A stretch of 64,000 nucleotides of DNA, from positions 1 to 64,000 of the forward strand of contig CALKOM010000057.1 in NCBI GenBank assembly GCA_938091905.1, given 5' to 3'. Position 1 is the stretch's first letter, and every line of letters begins with the position of its first letter. Shown here in pieces: positions 30,444-42,000 of this stretch. This DNA comes from an uncultured Verrucomicrobiales bacterium (GTDB lineage Bacteria > Verrucomicrobiota > Verrucomicrobiia > Verrucomicrobiales > DEV007). Below the pieces are notes generated by a model, which made no database searches, was not told where the DNA came from, and was given only the letters and a program-made list of their open reading frames with translations. A program made the translations under genes and the position numbers.

Positions 30444-30950
30444 ATGTTAGCCCAACAAGACAAGATCTGCCTCGTGCTCATCCTGGATGATCTGGAGGAA
30501 GGCGTGCGACGACTCGCTCAAGAGGTCTTGGCGGGGTCAGTGCACACGGTTTATATTGACCCTATTCACTGTGGATCGGTGCATGAATTTGGGAAACGAC
30601 TCGCTGAGAGGCTTGAAGGACATGGGAAGACGATGCCTAGCCTCAGCGAGGCTCAAGCGGAAGAGATACGACATTTGCGAGGGAGCTATGCGTTCCGAGC
30701 CGAGACTGATCCTCGGGTGTCTATCCATATTAGCAAGGACTTGAGCGGGTGGACGATCATCTGTGAGGAAGATGTGCTCTTTGCGCTGTCGAGTGCGAAT
30801 CGTCAGATTTATGTCAAACCTCTTCCAGGGAACTGGAATGATGCGCTCTTTATGGTTGAGCAGCAGTTACAGAGCATCGCCTATTGGCCAGTCGAAGCAA
30901 GGCTAGCAGGCCTACCAGAATTAGAGACCCGCCTGTTAGGACAAGACTAA
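30444..30950 (+). CDS. Hypothetical protein
   Basis: 169-codon ORF from ATG 30444, preceded by TAAGGT. Confidence 0.55.
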   Translation: MLAQQDKICLVLILDDLEEGVRRLAQEVLAGSVHTVYIDPIHCGSVHEFGKRLAERLEGHGKTMPSLSEAQAEEIRHLRGSYAFRAETDPRVSIHISKDLSGWTIICEEDVLFALSSANRQIYVKPLPGNWNDALFMVEQQLQSIAYWPVEARLAGLPELETRLLGQD

Positions 30951-31333
30951 AACTGAGAAGGAAAGCCTTCTGGAGGTGGGTCGTCGTCATTATTGATGTA
31001 GCCTTTCTTTGCGAGCATCTTGCGTTTGTGGCTCTTTCTCCAGCGTTTCTCTCGCTTTTCTTCGTCCGTCTGCGAGCCAAAGATGGTAGCAGAAACCACG
31101 CTTGCGATGGCATCGAAGAGGAACGAAGCGACTTTGTCGACCTTCTCTTCCCGCTCAAGCTCTGCTCGGCGTTCGAGTTCAGATTCATCGTCCAATGCCG
31201 TGGCGATGGGCATATGCGGAGGTTGATACTCAGGTTTTAGTGGCGGCGTTGTTTCTACCAGCGTTTCTTGATTTGCGCACTGGCACAGTGCGCAAAGAGT
31301 TGTGGCAAGCATGGCGCTTCCAAGGCGTTTCAT
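30947..31333 (-). CDS. Hypothetical exported protein or lipoprotein
   Basis: AGGGAGG RBS; MKRLGSAMLATTLCALCQC signal-like N-terminus. Confidence 0.55.
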   Translation of the reverse strand: MKRLGSAMLATTLCALCQCANQETLVETTPPLKPEYQPPHMPIATALDDESELERRAELEREEKVDKVASFLFDAIASVVSATIFGSQTDEEKREKRWRKSHKRKMLAKKGYINNDDDPPPEGFPSQF

Positions 31334-31380
31334 TGAACACATTCCTCCCTTTAGGGATAGACGCTGGCGTGCTGAAACGG

Positions 31381-32214
31381 TCAAGCAACGGCATTCTCGA
31401 GCGTGCCCAACCCATCGATCGTGATGGTGACGACATCCCCAGATTGCAGGGTGAACTCAGTCGATGGGACAATGCCAGTGCCAGTCATTAGTAGCGCGCC
31501 ATCGGGGAATTCGTTGTCGCGATAAAGGAAGTCTACGAGTTCTTCGAGGCTGCGTTTCAACTGATGCAAGGTTGTACGGTCTTCGAAAGCGACCTCGCCG
31601 TTACGACGAATGGTGAGATTGATGCCGGTGTCTTTGGATGGCGGCTCACCGAGGCAAAGCGCAGGTCCAATGGCGCAGGAGCCACAGTAGACCTTGGCCT
31701 GAGGGAGGTAGAGAGGATTCTCCCCTTCTATTGAGCGTGAACTGACATCATCGCCAATCGTGTAACCAAAGATCTTGCCTTGGCTGTTAATAGCCAGGGT
31801 GAGTTCGGGTTCTGGCACATCCCAAGTCGAATCCTTGCGTATGCAAATCGGTGCTCCGTGGCCGCGAGTTCGCGCCGGTGTTGCTTTGAAGAAGAGCTCA
31901 GGGCGGTCTGCTTCGTAGACCATGTCGTAGAAGACGTCTCCCCCGGCATCCTCAGATTCTTCCATTCGGGCCTCGCGACTTCGAAAGTAGGTCACGCCAG
32001 CTGCCCAGACTTCTTGATTTCCCATCGGTGGCAACCAATTCGGCTTGTTCAACGCCTCCGCCGAGACCGGCGTTCCTTCCCGCATCGCATCTTCAAGAAC
32101 CGTCTTCGGGTTGCTTGCACGAAAGAGCTGGTCGAAAGAGAAAGAAGCATGTTCATAAACCTGCTCTCTATCTGAAATGAGGATGGACTCTTTACCTCGG
32201 TAGACCTTGATCAT
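31381..32214 (-). CDS. Fumarylacetoacetate hydrolase family protein (2-keto-3-deoxy-pentonate dehydratase-like)
   Basis: [56 protein letters not shown]. Confidence 0.88.
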   Translation of the reverse strand: MIKVYRGKESILISDREQVYEHASFSFDQLFRASNPKTVLEDAMREGTPVSAEALNKPNWLPPMGNQEVWAAGVTYFRSREARMEESEDAGGDVFYDMVYEADRPELFFKATPARTRGHGAPICIRKDSTWDVPEPELTLAINSQGKIFGYTIGDDVSSRSIEGENPLYLPQAKVYCGSCAIGPALCLGEPPSKDTGINLTIRRNGEVAFEDRTTLHQLKRSLEELVDFLYRDNEFPDGALLMTGTGIVPSTEFTLQSGDVVTITIDGLGTLENAVA

Positions 32215-32260
32215 AGAAGAGGACCCTAATAAACCCGCACGCTGAACGCAACTCCAACTG

Positions 32261-32935
32261 ATGAATCTCCGATCAACTTCTCTCCTGTGGCATGGCTCGC
32301 TTCTAGCTACCCTTGCATTCTCAGTCCTGCTTGGTCTTGCCCAAGAAGAACCTCCTGTCGCACTTACTCCAGAAGCTGTGGCGCCAACTCCAATGGAGCC
32401 GGAAGAAGAAGTGGACCCAATAGAAGCCGATCCAGAAGAGGGGCGGCTGGATCTTTACAGTGCTGAATCTCTGACCAGCTTTGTGGAATCCTTGGGCTCA
32501 GGTGCCAAGTTGCATTTGGCCGAGAACGGCTACGCCGAAGTGGAGCTGATCGATGAGGCGACGAACGCTCGTGCTGCGTTGATTGTAACGGATTTGTTAG
32601 GTAATGTCGACAAGCTGGAAAGTTATGAAACAAGTCGAGTTACCATTGCGGGCTACCCGGCGACAACGGCCTCAAATCTTGGCAATGAAACTGATGTGCT
32701 TGCGGCAGGTCGGTTTCAAATAGAGCTGCGAGGGGATTCGACCAAGTTTGACGAGGCCATGAGAATCGATTGGCTAGAGGAGCATCGGGATACCCTGGAT
32801 GATTTAGGAGATGGTAGCAACTTGCTGGATTGGCTGGTGCCGGTGATCGCTGTTATCGCAGCGTTGTTATTGCTAGGCCTGTTCTGGGTTTCGCGTGGTA
32901 GCTCGACGAGACCTAGTGCGGCTTCGGCCAAATAA
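32261..32935 (+). CDS. Hypothetical exported protein with C-terminal TM anchor
   Basis: Signal peptide, acidic body, hydrophobic C-terminal helix and short basic tail. Confidence 0.7.
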   Translation: MNLRSTSLLWHGSLLATLAFSVLLGLAQEEPPVALTPEAVAPTPMEPEEEVDPIEADPEEGRLDLYSAESLTSFVESLGSGAKLHLAENGYAEVELIDEATNARAALIVTDLLGNVDKLESYETSRVTIAGYPATTASNLGNETDVLAAGRFQIELRGDSTKFDEAMRIDWLEEHRDTLDDLGDGSNLLDWLVPVIAVIAALLLLGLFWVSRGSSTRPSAASAK

Positions 32936-32946
32936 TCTGGCTGTGT

Positions 32947-33648
32947 TTAACGATATAACAGATTGACGCCGGTGGCGTACTTTGAGAACTTCGTCATCCT
33001 GAACCGAAAGTCGTTTGAGAAGATATCGATTCCGAGATCGCCATCACAGGAGTATTTCATCTCAATGATGAGGGTCTCGCGTGGTTCGTGAAAGCGGGGG
33101 ACGAAATCGCCTGGGAACGGGCAGCGGAAGAAGCGGAGATCGCGGTCGATGGTGAGGCGGCAGTGGCCATCGGCGGAAAGAAAGTAACGTCTGGCGTAGC
33201 GATTAATGATCATGGGGGATTCCATGATCACCCGCTGATGGATCCAGCCGGGAAGATCTGATCTGCGAAAGAGGGCTTGGGCATCGAGCGAGCTGAAGTT
33301 TGGGCCCAGGGTGAAGGGGGCGAGTTTGAAGGTGGGTTTCTCTCCGGCCCAGCCCCGCTTGACTTTGATTTCGAGGGCGGGCCTTTTAATGGCTCCTGAC
33401 AGATCCCCATACCAACGGATTCGCGTCTTCAGTCGATTACGAATACCGTCGTCATTGGCGAAGTAATTGGCGAAGTCGAGATCGTCAAAGTAGATGTTAT
33501 TAATGTGGCGCTCTGCATAGATCTCGCGAAACTGCGCAGCGTTGCGCCTGATGAGTGCGATGGTGTTTTGATAGGGCCATCTGGTGGTAAACTTTCGCTC
33601 ATAGCGAAAGTGATTTGGCTTCTCAGACGTTTTAGTTTCCGAGGCCAC
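32947..33648 (-). CDS. VTC-domain (polyphosphate polymerase-like, CYTH/TTM fold) protein
   Basis: RYERKF (ExK), NIYFD, K.RIRWY, LEIK.K, Y.R..F, RLTID..L, IIEMKY, FSKY. Confidence 0.88.
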   Translation of the reverse strand: MASETKTSEKPNHFRYERKFTTRWPYQNTIALIRRNAAQFREIYAERHINNIYFDDLDFANYFANDDGIRNRLKTRIRWYGDLSGAIKRPALEIKVKRGWAGEKPTFKLAPFTLGPNFSSLDAQALFRRSDLPGWIHQRVIMESPMIINRYARRYFLSADGHCRLTIDRDLRFFRCPFPGDFVPRFHEPRETLIIEMKYSCDGDLGIDIFSNDFRFRMTKFSKYATGVNLLYR

Positions 33649-34495
33649 GGTTGTCCATGAGGCTAACGCTCAGTCCTTCGCCAAGTCCGAGTAAAGACTT
33701 GCGGCACTCTTCCAATTGTTCTGGGCCGGCGAAGTGGACTTGATAGTTCGCCTCCAAGATGTCTTGGGACTGGTCGAGGCGTTTCAGTGCGGCGTCTTTG
33801 GTGTGTTTAAGAACGGCCTGCTGAATCGCTCCATGACCAACCTGTTCAGGATATTTGCTGGCGACAAGAAGATGATAGTCACCACCAACATCAGCGGTGG
33901 TGAACTGGCGGCGAATAAAGAGTATGCTTGTTAGAAAGGCGAACGTTATTAAGGTAATATACGGTTCAGGCGTAAGAAAACCGAGGCCGACACTGGCACC
34001 AAATCCAACGCCAAGTCCGATGGCGAGGAATAGGTAGCAAAGTTCTTCAGGTTCTTTGATGGCTGCTCTGAACCGGACAATAGAGAGGGCTCCTAGGAGT
34101 CCGATGGAAATGGCGAGAGCACTTTTGACCATCGCGATGATCATCATGGTGGTGCATGCTAAGAGGACGAAGTTTCGGCTGAAATCGGAGCGATTCGAAA
34201 GCGAAAAGCCACAGCGTCGGTAAACGCGCTCTAGGAGATGGGCAGTGACAGCGCAAAGCGCCAAGAGGATGAGGAAGTTTCCCAAGAGGTCCCATTCAAA
34301 TGCCATACTAGCATCACCTCCATCTAGAGATTCTAATGTGGGTTCGGCCTCGGTCAGTTCAAGGAGTTCCTGAACTTTGTTTGAAGGCTCTTCTGTTGAG
34401 GGGGCTGGGGATGCCGCCTGATTAGTGGCCGTGTCTGCGGCTTGAGTTTCGTCTTCCTCCAAGGGTGTGGTGGCGTTGATGGTTGGAGTTTCCAT
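33632..34495 (-). CDS. DUF4956 membrane protein
   Basis: II..VKS.LA.S.GL.GALSIVRFR.AIKEPEEL.YLF..I..G...G; about 5 TM segments, C-terminal soluble domain, acidic N-terminal extension; overlaps the VTC gene. Confidence 0.88.
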   Translation of the reverse strand: METPTINATTPLEEDETQAADTATNQAASPAPSTEEPSNKVQELLELTEAEPTLESLDGGDASMAFEWDLLGNFLILLALCAVTAHLLERVYRRCGFSLSNRSDFSRNFVLLACTTMMIIAMVKSALAISIGLLGALSIVRFRAAIKEPEELCYLFLAIGLGVGFGASVGLGFLTPEPYITLITFAFLTSILFIRRQFTTADVGGDYHLLVASKYPEQVGHGAIQQAVLKHTKDAALKRLDQSQDILEANYQVHFAGPEQLEECRKSLLGLGEGLSVSLMDNRGLGN

Positions 34496-34589
34496 TGGCC
34501 AATTTCCAAGCGCTCGTCAAGCTCTTATCCCTCTCTAGAAACTACGTGCGTTTCGAGTCCTGATCGGTCATGTTCTGCGAATCTCTCCT

Positions 34590-37500
34590 ATGCGGTTTCT
34601 TTGGTGGTTATTTCTGTTAGGCATTGCCCTTGCGCTATCCGCGCAGGCGCAGCTTCGGATCTCGGAGGTCATGACGTGCAATACGTCTACCTACCCGGAA
34701 CCATCTGGTGAGTTTCGGGACTGGATCGAGCTTTGTGCGGAAGGCAAGGAATCAATCAATTTGGCGTCCTATCGCCTCGGAATTGGCGAGGAAACCCTCT
34801 GGAAGTTTCCCAGCCTCGTCGTTGAGCCGGGGCGTCGCCTCGTTCTCTTCGCATCGGGGCACGACCGTTGGCAATCCGGAGACTACCACGTACCGTTCCG
34901 CCTTGGCGCTACAGGTGAGTTGTTGCGATTAGTGGGGCCTTCTAAGGAAGAGCAACGGGTCGAGATTCCGAAGTTACCAGCGGATGTGAGCTATGGTGTC
35001 AAGGAAAGGTCTTTGTTAGCCGAGCCGACGCCGGGCGACGAGAATGCAGTGGCCATTGGATCGCCGCCGCTCAAGCCCACATTCTCGCGGGAGCGTGGCT
35101 TTGTATCCAGTCCGTTTCCTCTCATCATGATCGCATCGACTCCTCAAACGGTCATTCGTTACACAGTGGATGGGAGTGCGCCGAGCGAGACGAATGGGCA
35201 GCTTTATCGGGGGCCCATTCAAGTGAATCAAACTACTGTTGTGCGCGCGGTTTGTCTGATACCTGATTGCTTGCCCAGTCGTGTGACGACTGCCAGCTAT
35301 CTCTTTCCGCAAGATATTCTCACGCCCTATCAGGATATCCCGGAAGGCTGGCCGCCCGCTCGCCTTATCAATGGCCAACGTCTTGTCTATGGTATGGAAG
35401 CGCCGATGAATATCGGAGCGACTCATGACGAATTCGCCAAAGCGCTTGTTAGTGTGCCGACGGTCTCGCTTGTCATGGATCTGGATGATCTGTTGGATGA
35501 GGATACTGGCATTTACACGCATGCCGTAGAACGTGGTCGAGACTGGGAGCGCTCGGTTTCCATGGAATGGATCGATCCTCGAGACAACGTCTCCTCGTCA
35601 AAGCAAGCCGATGCGGGCTTGCGCATTCGGGGCGGCTACAGTCGTTCTCGGCGTGCGCCCAAGCATGGTTTTCGTGTCATTGCGAGGTCGGCCTATGGTG
35701 ACGACAAGTTTGATTGGCCCTGCTTCGGTTCAGATGGGCCTAACCGATGTCGTACGGTTGACTTGCGATCCCCTCAGAATCACTCCTGGTCGACGGATGG
35801 ATCCAAGGATAACACCTTCCTACGTGATGGCTTCTGTCGCGACACTCAACGGGATCTTGGGCGGCCTTACACACGTGGCCAGTTTGTGCATCTCTTTCTC
35901 AACGGCGTCTATTGGGGCGTCTACGAGTCGCATGAGCGAGTCGATGCGGATTATGCGGAGCGGTATTTGGACGCGGATCCCGAATCGGTCGATGTGATCA
36001 AAGCGGCGCACCCAGGAGTGCTGAAGACCGTGACGGCGCCGAGGGAGGGCGATTTGAATGCCTGGCGGCACCTTTGGGAATCGGCCAATCGCCTTGCGGC
36101 GCAGCGCGAGGAGTCCGTCCGGTCAGCGCTGTATTATGATTTGCAAGGGCTGAGCCCTGCTGGTGCTCCTGATCCGGACAAGGCCTCCTATGTCGACGTT
36201 CCAAGCCTGATCGACTACATGATGATCATCTTCTTCAGTGCGAATCAGGATGCGCCGATCTCACAGTTCTTTGACAATCTTCGTCCAAACAACTGGTTTG
36301 CGGTGCGGGATCGGGATGGGCGGGACGGTTTTCGTTTCTTTATCCACGATAGTGAACACAGTTTGGGCCTGCCAAAACACTATGGAAATAGCCGAATAGG
36401 GCCGTTCGAAGGAGGTGCCGATTTCACGTATAGTAATCCCCAATGGCTGCACCAGCAGCTCATGTCCGTCGAGGCCTATCGCGAGGCCTTCGGAGATCGT
36501 GCAGAGGCTTTGCTAGGTCCTGGAGGCCTGCTTAGCGCTGAAGCTAACATTGCGCGGCTGAGCGAGCGTGAGCGTGTGTTGGAACCAATCATGGCATTGC
36601 ATGCAGCGCGATGGGGCAGCGCGCGTTCGGATCGGCCTCGAACGAAACGTGATTGGCGTGGAGCTGTTGCGCGTCTCAAGACGTACCTTATTGAGCGTCC
36701 TGCAATTGTGAAGAACCAGTTGCGCGGAGCCAAGCGCTTTGCGCTAGGGGACCCAAGCCAACACTTTGAGATGGCGCCGCTGTATCCGTGGGTGGCCCCC
36801 CCGCGTTTCTGGACGGCGTTTGCCAATCCTTTAGCCGCGCATGTCACCGCGGACGAAGGGGAGGTTTTAGCCTTCGTCAATGGTGAGACGGAGAGCGCCG
36901 TTTCTCTGGGGCAACCGGTTCTGAAGGTATTGATCGATGACTCGACGCTGATGCGAATGTCTCAAGGTGCTAGTGCGGAGGATTGGATGCAACCAGGCTT
37001 CGATGATGCGGCGTGGAATGCTGCGTTGTCTGATAGGTTGGCTTCTGGCTATACTGCTTCTGAAGCCGGTAGTGTAGTCTTTGTGAGGACGACGTTCGAA
37101 ATGGCCCAACTCGGGGCCTTGGTCGATCTCAAGCTTCGGTTCAAGTATGAGGATGGCTACGTTCTTTACCTAAACGGACATCCAGTGGCAGAAAAGGAGT
37201 CGCTCACAACGCGCCTCCGGGAAGAACGGGCGGTGCCTGAACTGCTCGATCTAAGAGAACATTCCCTACGCTTACGTCAGGGGAAGAACGTTATCGCCTT
37301 CGCCAATCATCGGTTGAGACGTGTCAGTCGCGACTTTGAGTTTGGTCCCCGTTTGGAAGCCACCTTTGTCACGGGTGGCAAACCGCTGCCAGTTCGACAG
37401 GGTGGAACGATCCAGGCTCGCGCCAAAGTTGGCAAGCAATGGAGCGCACTAGCGGTTTATCGTTCCTCTGGGCCAGTGGAACGTGCCTCCGCCGCGAACT

Positions 37501-39050
37501 TCGTTATTTCGGAGATCATGTATCATCCTCCTGCGCTGTCGACGAAGGAGAAGCAACGCGGAGTGAAAGACTCAGATGCGTTTGAGTTTCTCGAGTTTCT
37601 CAATACCGGGAGCAGTCCGATCAGTCTATCCAAGGTCCGTTTCATTGATGGCATTCAGTTTCAATTTCCGGATCGGAGTGCGCTGCTGGGGCCGGGTCAG
37701 CGATTGGTGGTGGCCAAGAACCCTAGCGCTTTCGCAGTTCGCTATCCAAAGGTAGAAGGGGTGTTTGGCCCTTATGCCGGTGGTCTCAAGAATGGCGGTG
37801 AGCGTCTCACTGTCTTGGATAGCCGCAGTCAGCCCATCGTGCGCTTCCGTTATGATGATGACGCTCCTTGGCCAAGCAGTGCCGACGGCTTGGGCTTCTC
37901 TCTCGTACTGAATTCGACAACAGGTAAAGTGAACTTGGGTAAAGCCTCCAGTTGGCGCGCAAGCACCGAAGTGCATGGCTCTCCTGGACTTGGCGAGCCT
38001 GAATCGAGCTTTGCTGGCATCGTCATCAACGAAATCCTGACGAACTCAGACTGGCCGGATACAGATGCCATTGAATTATATAACCCGAGTGAATACTTTG
38101 TAGATGTGAGTGGGTGGTTTCTCACGGATAACGTTAAGGAACCTAAGAAATGGGCCATCCCTTCAGGTAGTGTGATCCCGCCAAAGGGTTATTGGGTTAC
38201 CTATGAAGACAATGACGCGGATTCAACAAATAATGGTGATCTTCGGCCTAACTACTTTGGAGGAGCCTTCTCACTGAGCTCTCTCGGGGAGGAAGTGTTT
38301 CTCTTCTCTGCGGATGCCCAGGGCAATCTCACTGGTTATACTCATGGCTGTGAATTCGATGCCTTGCCCACAGGGATCGCCTATGGTCGCTCTATCAATT
38401 CGGCGGGCAAGGATGTCTTCGCTATTCGCAAACCGACTCTCGGCCAGGCGAATGGCATGCCTTTGTTAGGTCCAGTCCTCTTCTCGGAGGTTCACTATCA
38501 TCCTGAAGAAAGCGATACCGAGGAAGTGACCGAGTTTGTTGAGATTTGGAATCGAACGGATCATTCGATACCGCTCTTCGATTCCGAGCGCCCCGAGAAT
38601 GCGTGGGCGCTGAAAGGGGCTAAATTCACCTTTCCACCAGAACAGACGCTCGCCCCAGGTGAAACGGCGCTTGTGGTGCGCATGAAGCCAGAAGAATTCC
38701 GTCAAAAGCGCGGGTTATCAGCGGAAGTGAAGATCTATGGGCCTTTTGAGGGAAGCTTGAACAATAGTGGCGAACGCCTTACCTTGGTGCGCCCGTTGGC
38801 CCCTGAGGCTGACGGCAACCTTTCCGTGATTCCTATGGTACCTGTCGATTCTATCCGCTATAACGACAAGGCTCCCTGGCCGCAGGAGGCAGACGGAGCT
38901 GGAAATTCGCTAGAGCGTCGCGATAGTTCTGGAATCACCGATGAACCGAAGACTTGGCAGGCCTCCTCAAGTGTAGGGGGAAGCCCAGGAACTACGCCTC
39001 TAACTTTAAAACCTACAACGAACGACAATCAAGATGATGATGAATTGTAA
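34590..39050 (+). CDS. Secreted LTD - Fn3-associated - CotH kinase - jelly roll - 3x LTD protein (1486 aa)
   Basis: Signal peptide; ISEVM...DWIEL; FSRERGF...YTVDGS.P; GLRIRGG.SR..PKH.FR; VHLFLNGVYWGVYE.HE; NQDAP...NNW; HDSE; LTD starts ISEIMYHP, INEIL, FSEVHYHP. Confidence 0.88.
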   Translation: MRFLWWLFLLGIALALSAQAQLRISEVMTCNTSTYPEPSGEFRDWIELCAEGKESINLASYRLGIGEETLWKFPSLVVEPGRRLVLFASGHDRWQSGDYHVPFRLGATGELLRLVGPSKEEQRVEIPKLPADVSYGVKERSLLAEPTPGDENAVAIGSPPLKPTFSRERGFVSSPFPLIMIASTPQTVIRYTVDGSAPSETNGQLYRGPIQVNQTTVVRAVCLIPDCLPSRVTTASYLFPQDILTPYQDIPEGWPPARLINGQRLVYGMEAPMNIGATHDEFAKALVSVPTVSLVMDLDDLLDEDTGIYTHAVERGRDWERSVSMEWIDPRDNVSSSKQADAGLRIRGGYSRSRRAPKHGFRVIARSAYGDDKFDWPCFGSDGPNRCRTVDLRSPQNHSWSTDGSKDNTFLRDGFCRDTQRDLGRPYTRGQFVHLFLNGVYWGVYESHERVDADYAERYLDADPESVDVIKAAHPGVLKTVTAPREGDLNAWRHLWESANRLAAQREESVRSALYYDLQGLSPAGAPDPDKASYVDVPSLIDYMMIIFFSANQDAPISQFFDNLRPNNWFAVRDRDGRDGFRFFIHDSEHSLGLPKHYGNSRIGPFEGGADFTYSNPQWLHQQLMSVEAYREAFGDRAEALLGPGGLLSAEANIARLSERERVLEPIMALHAARWGSARSDRPRTKRDWRGAVARLKTYLIERPAIVKNQLRGAKRFALGDPSQHFEMAPLYPWVAPPRFWTAFANPLAAHVTADEGEVLAFVNGETESAVSLGQPVLKVLIDDSTLMRMSQGASAEDWMQPGFDDAAWNAALSDRLASGYTASEAGSVVFVRTTFEMAQLGALVDLKLRFKYEDGYVLYLNGHPVAEKESLTTRLREERAVPELLDLREHSLRLRQGKNVIAFANHRLRRVSRDFEFGPRLEATFVTGGKPLPVRQGGTIQARAKVGKQWSALAVYRSSGPVERASAANFVISEIMYHPPALSTKEKQRGVKDSDAFEFLEFLNTGSSPISLSKVRFIDGIQFQFPDRSALLGPGQRLVVAKNPSAFAVRYPKVEGVFGPYAGGLKNGGERLTVLDSRSQPIVRFRYDDDAPWPSSADGLGFSLVLNSTTGKVNLGKASSWRASTEVHGSPGLGEPESSFAGIVINEILTNSDWPDTDAIELYNPSEYFVDVSGWFLTDNVKEPKKWAIPSGSVIPPKGYWVTYEDNDADSTNNGDLRPNYFGGAFSLSSLGEEVFLFSADAQGNLTGYTHGCEFDALPTGIAYGRSINSAGKDVFAIRKPTLGQANGMPLLGPVLFSEVHYHPEESDTEEVTEFVEIWNRTDHSIPLFDSERPENAWALKGAKFTFPPEQTLAPGETALVVRMKPEEFRQKRGLSAEVKIYGPFEGSLNNSGERLTLVRPLAPEADGNLSVIPMVPVDSIRYNDKAPWPQEADGAGNSLERRDSSGITDEPKTWQASSSVGGSPGTTPLTLKPTTNDNQDDDEL

Positions 39051-42000
39051 GCACCTTATCTCGAGCTTGGTGGCCTCCTTGGGAGTGGTTACTACCGTAT
39101 CCGGAATCTCAGCACCCTCGCTTGTGATCACAGAAGTCATGCCTTCTAACGAAGATGTTGTTTTTGACGGGGATGGAGATGCTTCTGATTGGGTTGAGAT
39201 CTATAACGCAGGGAACGAGCCTGTTGCTTTGAAGGGCTACACCTTAACTGACGATCCTGCCAACCTTGGGAAATGGGCGTTTCCAGATCGTAAACTCAAT
39301 GGTGGCGAGTTTCTCTTGGTCTTTGCTTCGGGGAAAGATCGTGCCAAAGGCGACAGTCTCCACACGAATTTCAAGCTCGGGGCTAAGGGTGAGTTTCTCG
39401 GGATGTACAAGGGAGGGGAATCCATTCAAACGTTTGCACCGTCCTTACCCAAGTTAGGGCAGAATGAGTCCTATGGTGTGGTCTTCAAAGGTGGTCGGGC
39501 TGATATGAATAAGTCAGGTGCGTTGTTAGAGCCAACGCCCGGGCAGCCCAATGCCGAGGCTTGGGCTTTGCCGCAAACGGCCGATACCAAATTCAGTCAG
39601 GATCGGGGCTTTTATGACACACCATTCAAGGTAGCGATCACCTCTGCAACTGGTGATGCGCAGATTCGCTATACGACCGACGGCAGTCAGCCTAATCAAG
39701 AGGGTGGGACACTCTATGAAGGACCGATCGAGATCACGACAACAACCACGCTACGAGCAGCAGCCTTCTCCGACGGCATGCGTTCTTCTGACATTGATAC
39801 GCATACGTATATCTTTCCAAAGGCAGTCATGCGACAACCCGAGAGTCCCGAGGGCTGGCCTAGCACTAGGCCGGGATATGCCGGCCGCGGCGGTGGTGGC
39901 TTTTTCGGCTTTGGTCGACGGAAGGGTGGTCGAGCGGTGGACATGGATTACGCCATGGCGGCTCCGAGCGATGTGAAAGCGACCGAAGAAGAAGTTGTTG
40001 AAGCGCTAACTTCCTTACCTTCGCTCTCGGTGGTGACGGAATTGTCCCACTTATTGGATAGCAAAGAAGGTATCTACGCCAATCCCAGTAATCGTGGTCG
40101 GGATTGGGAACGGCCTATTTCCGTCGAACTCATCGACCCGACGGGTGGGGAAGAAGGCTTTCATTGGAATGCGGGCCTGCGCATTCGTGGTGGCCATAGT
40201 CGCAGTCCATACTGTAAGAAGCACGCCTTTCGAATCTATTTCCGAGATGATTATGGCGATGGCAAACTGAACTACCCGCTCTTTGGCAGCGAAGGGGTTG
40301 AGGAGTTCGACGACATCGATTTGCGAACGGCACAGAACTATTCCTATCATTATTCTGACTCTGGCTCGCAGAACACGATGGTGCGCGAGGTCTTCTCTCG
40401 CGATACCCAACGCGCCTTTGGCCAGCCCTACGCTCGGAGTCGCTACTACCATTTGTATTTGAATGGGCTCTATTGGGGGCTCTATCAGTCTCAGGAACAC
40501 ACCGAAGCGTCTTACGGCTCGAGCTATTTCGGCGGTGATGAGGACGACTACGACACGATCAAGGCATCACGCACTGGCGAGCGTGCCACCGATGGCAACG
40601 AGGAGGGCTGGCGTCATTTGTACGAAGAATCTGGCAACATTGCGGCCGAGTCGGATCCAGGCAAACGGCTCGAACGCTATTATGATCTTCAAGGGCTCGA
40701 TTCCGCTGGAAATCCAGATCTGAAGAAGACTGTCTATCTCGATTCAGAGAACTTGATCGATTACATGCTCATTATCTTTTATACCGGCAACTTTGACGCG
40801 CCGATTTCTCGCTTCATGGGGAACCGCATGACGAACAACTGGTTCTCCATCTTCCAACGTGATGGCCGTCGCGGCTTTCAGTTTTTCTGTCACGACTCAG
40901 AGCACTCCTTAGGTTCGGATGGCGGTGCCCGTATCAACCGTGTTGGGCCGTTCCCTGCTGGATCAGACTATCGCGGCAGCAATCCGCAATGGATCCACCA
41001 ACAGTTGCTGGCGGTGGATGAGTATCGACAGGCCTTTCAGAAGCGCGCGGAATGGGCGCTTCTCGGTGAAAATGGTCCATTGACAGAAACTGCCGTCCTA
41101 GACCGCATTGATCGACGTGCGGCGACTGTCGGCAAAGCCATCCTCGCAGAATGCGCACGCTGGGGTGACGCCAAGGATGAACCGCGGGATGGGCTGAGTT
41201 ATACGAAGCAAGATTGGACAGGGGCTATCGAGCGCTTGAAAGAAGTAGCCACGGTTCGCTCTCAGCTTCTGCCAGAGCAGCTTCGACTCTCCCGGCGATT
41301 TAAGCATGGTAGGCTTACGGGTGAACTTGTTCCGGCACCGTTGTTCAATCCGGTGCCCATTCCTGTCATGCGCTGGCGTGATGATGCTAAAACCCGAGGG
41401 ACGTTCCAACTGAGCCAAGGCAAGACGGTCTTCTACACGACCGATGGATCTGATCCCAAGGACCAAGGTGCGGCAAGCCAGGCCACGCCGTCGACGACAT
41501 CACGCAAGTCACTTCTCCCTGCGGGTAGTGTCATTCGCGCCTTCGTGCCCAAGACCAATGCGCTCAAGCAAACCTGGACCAAGCCCGATTTCGATGATTC
41601 GAAATGGCGGGCAGGCATCGGAGGCGTTGGTTATGATTTCAGGCCGGACTACAAGTCTCTCATCGGCGTCGATGTCCGAGATGAAGCCGCTGGAAAATTC
41701 CCCAGCGTTCTCACTCGCTCTCTCTTTAAGTGGGATGGGATCCCTATCGAGAAGCTGGTCCTCAATCTCAAGTTCGAGGATGGTTTCATCGCCTACCTCA
41801 ACGGAGTGCGCGTGGCTTCGCACAATGCCCCGAAGATTGCTAACAATGTGGCTAGTGCGTGGGGGCAGCACATGGATGGTGAAGCCATGCGGTGGAAGCC
41901 ATTCGATCTCAGCGAACACACAGATCTTCTTGTCACCGGAAAGGACAACGTCCTGGCCATTCAGACGATGAACGATCGTGTGGGGAGTTCCGATCTACTC

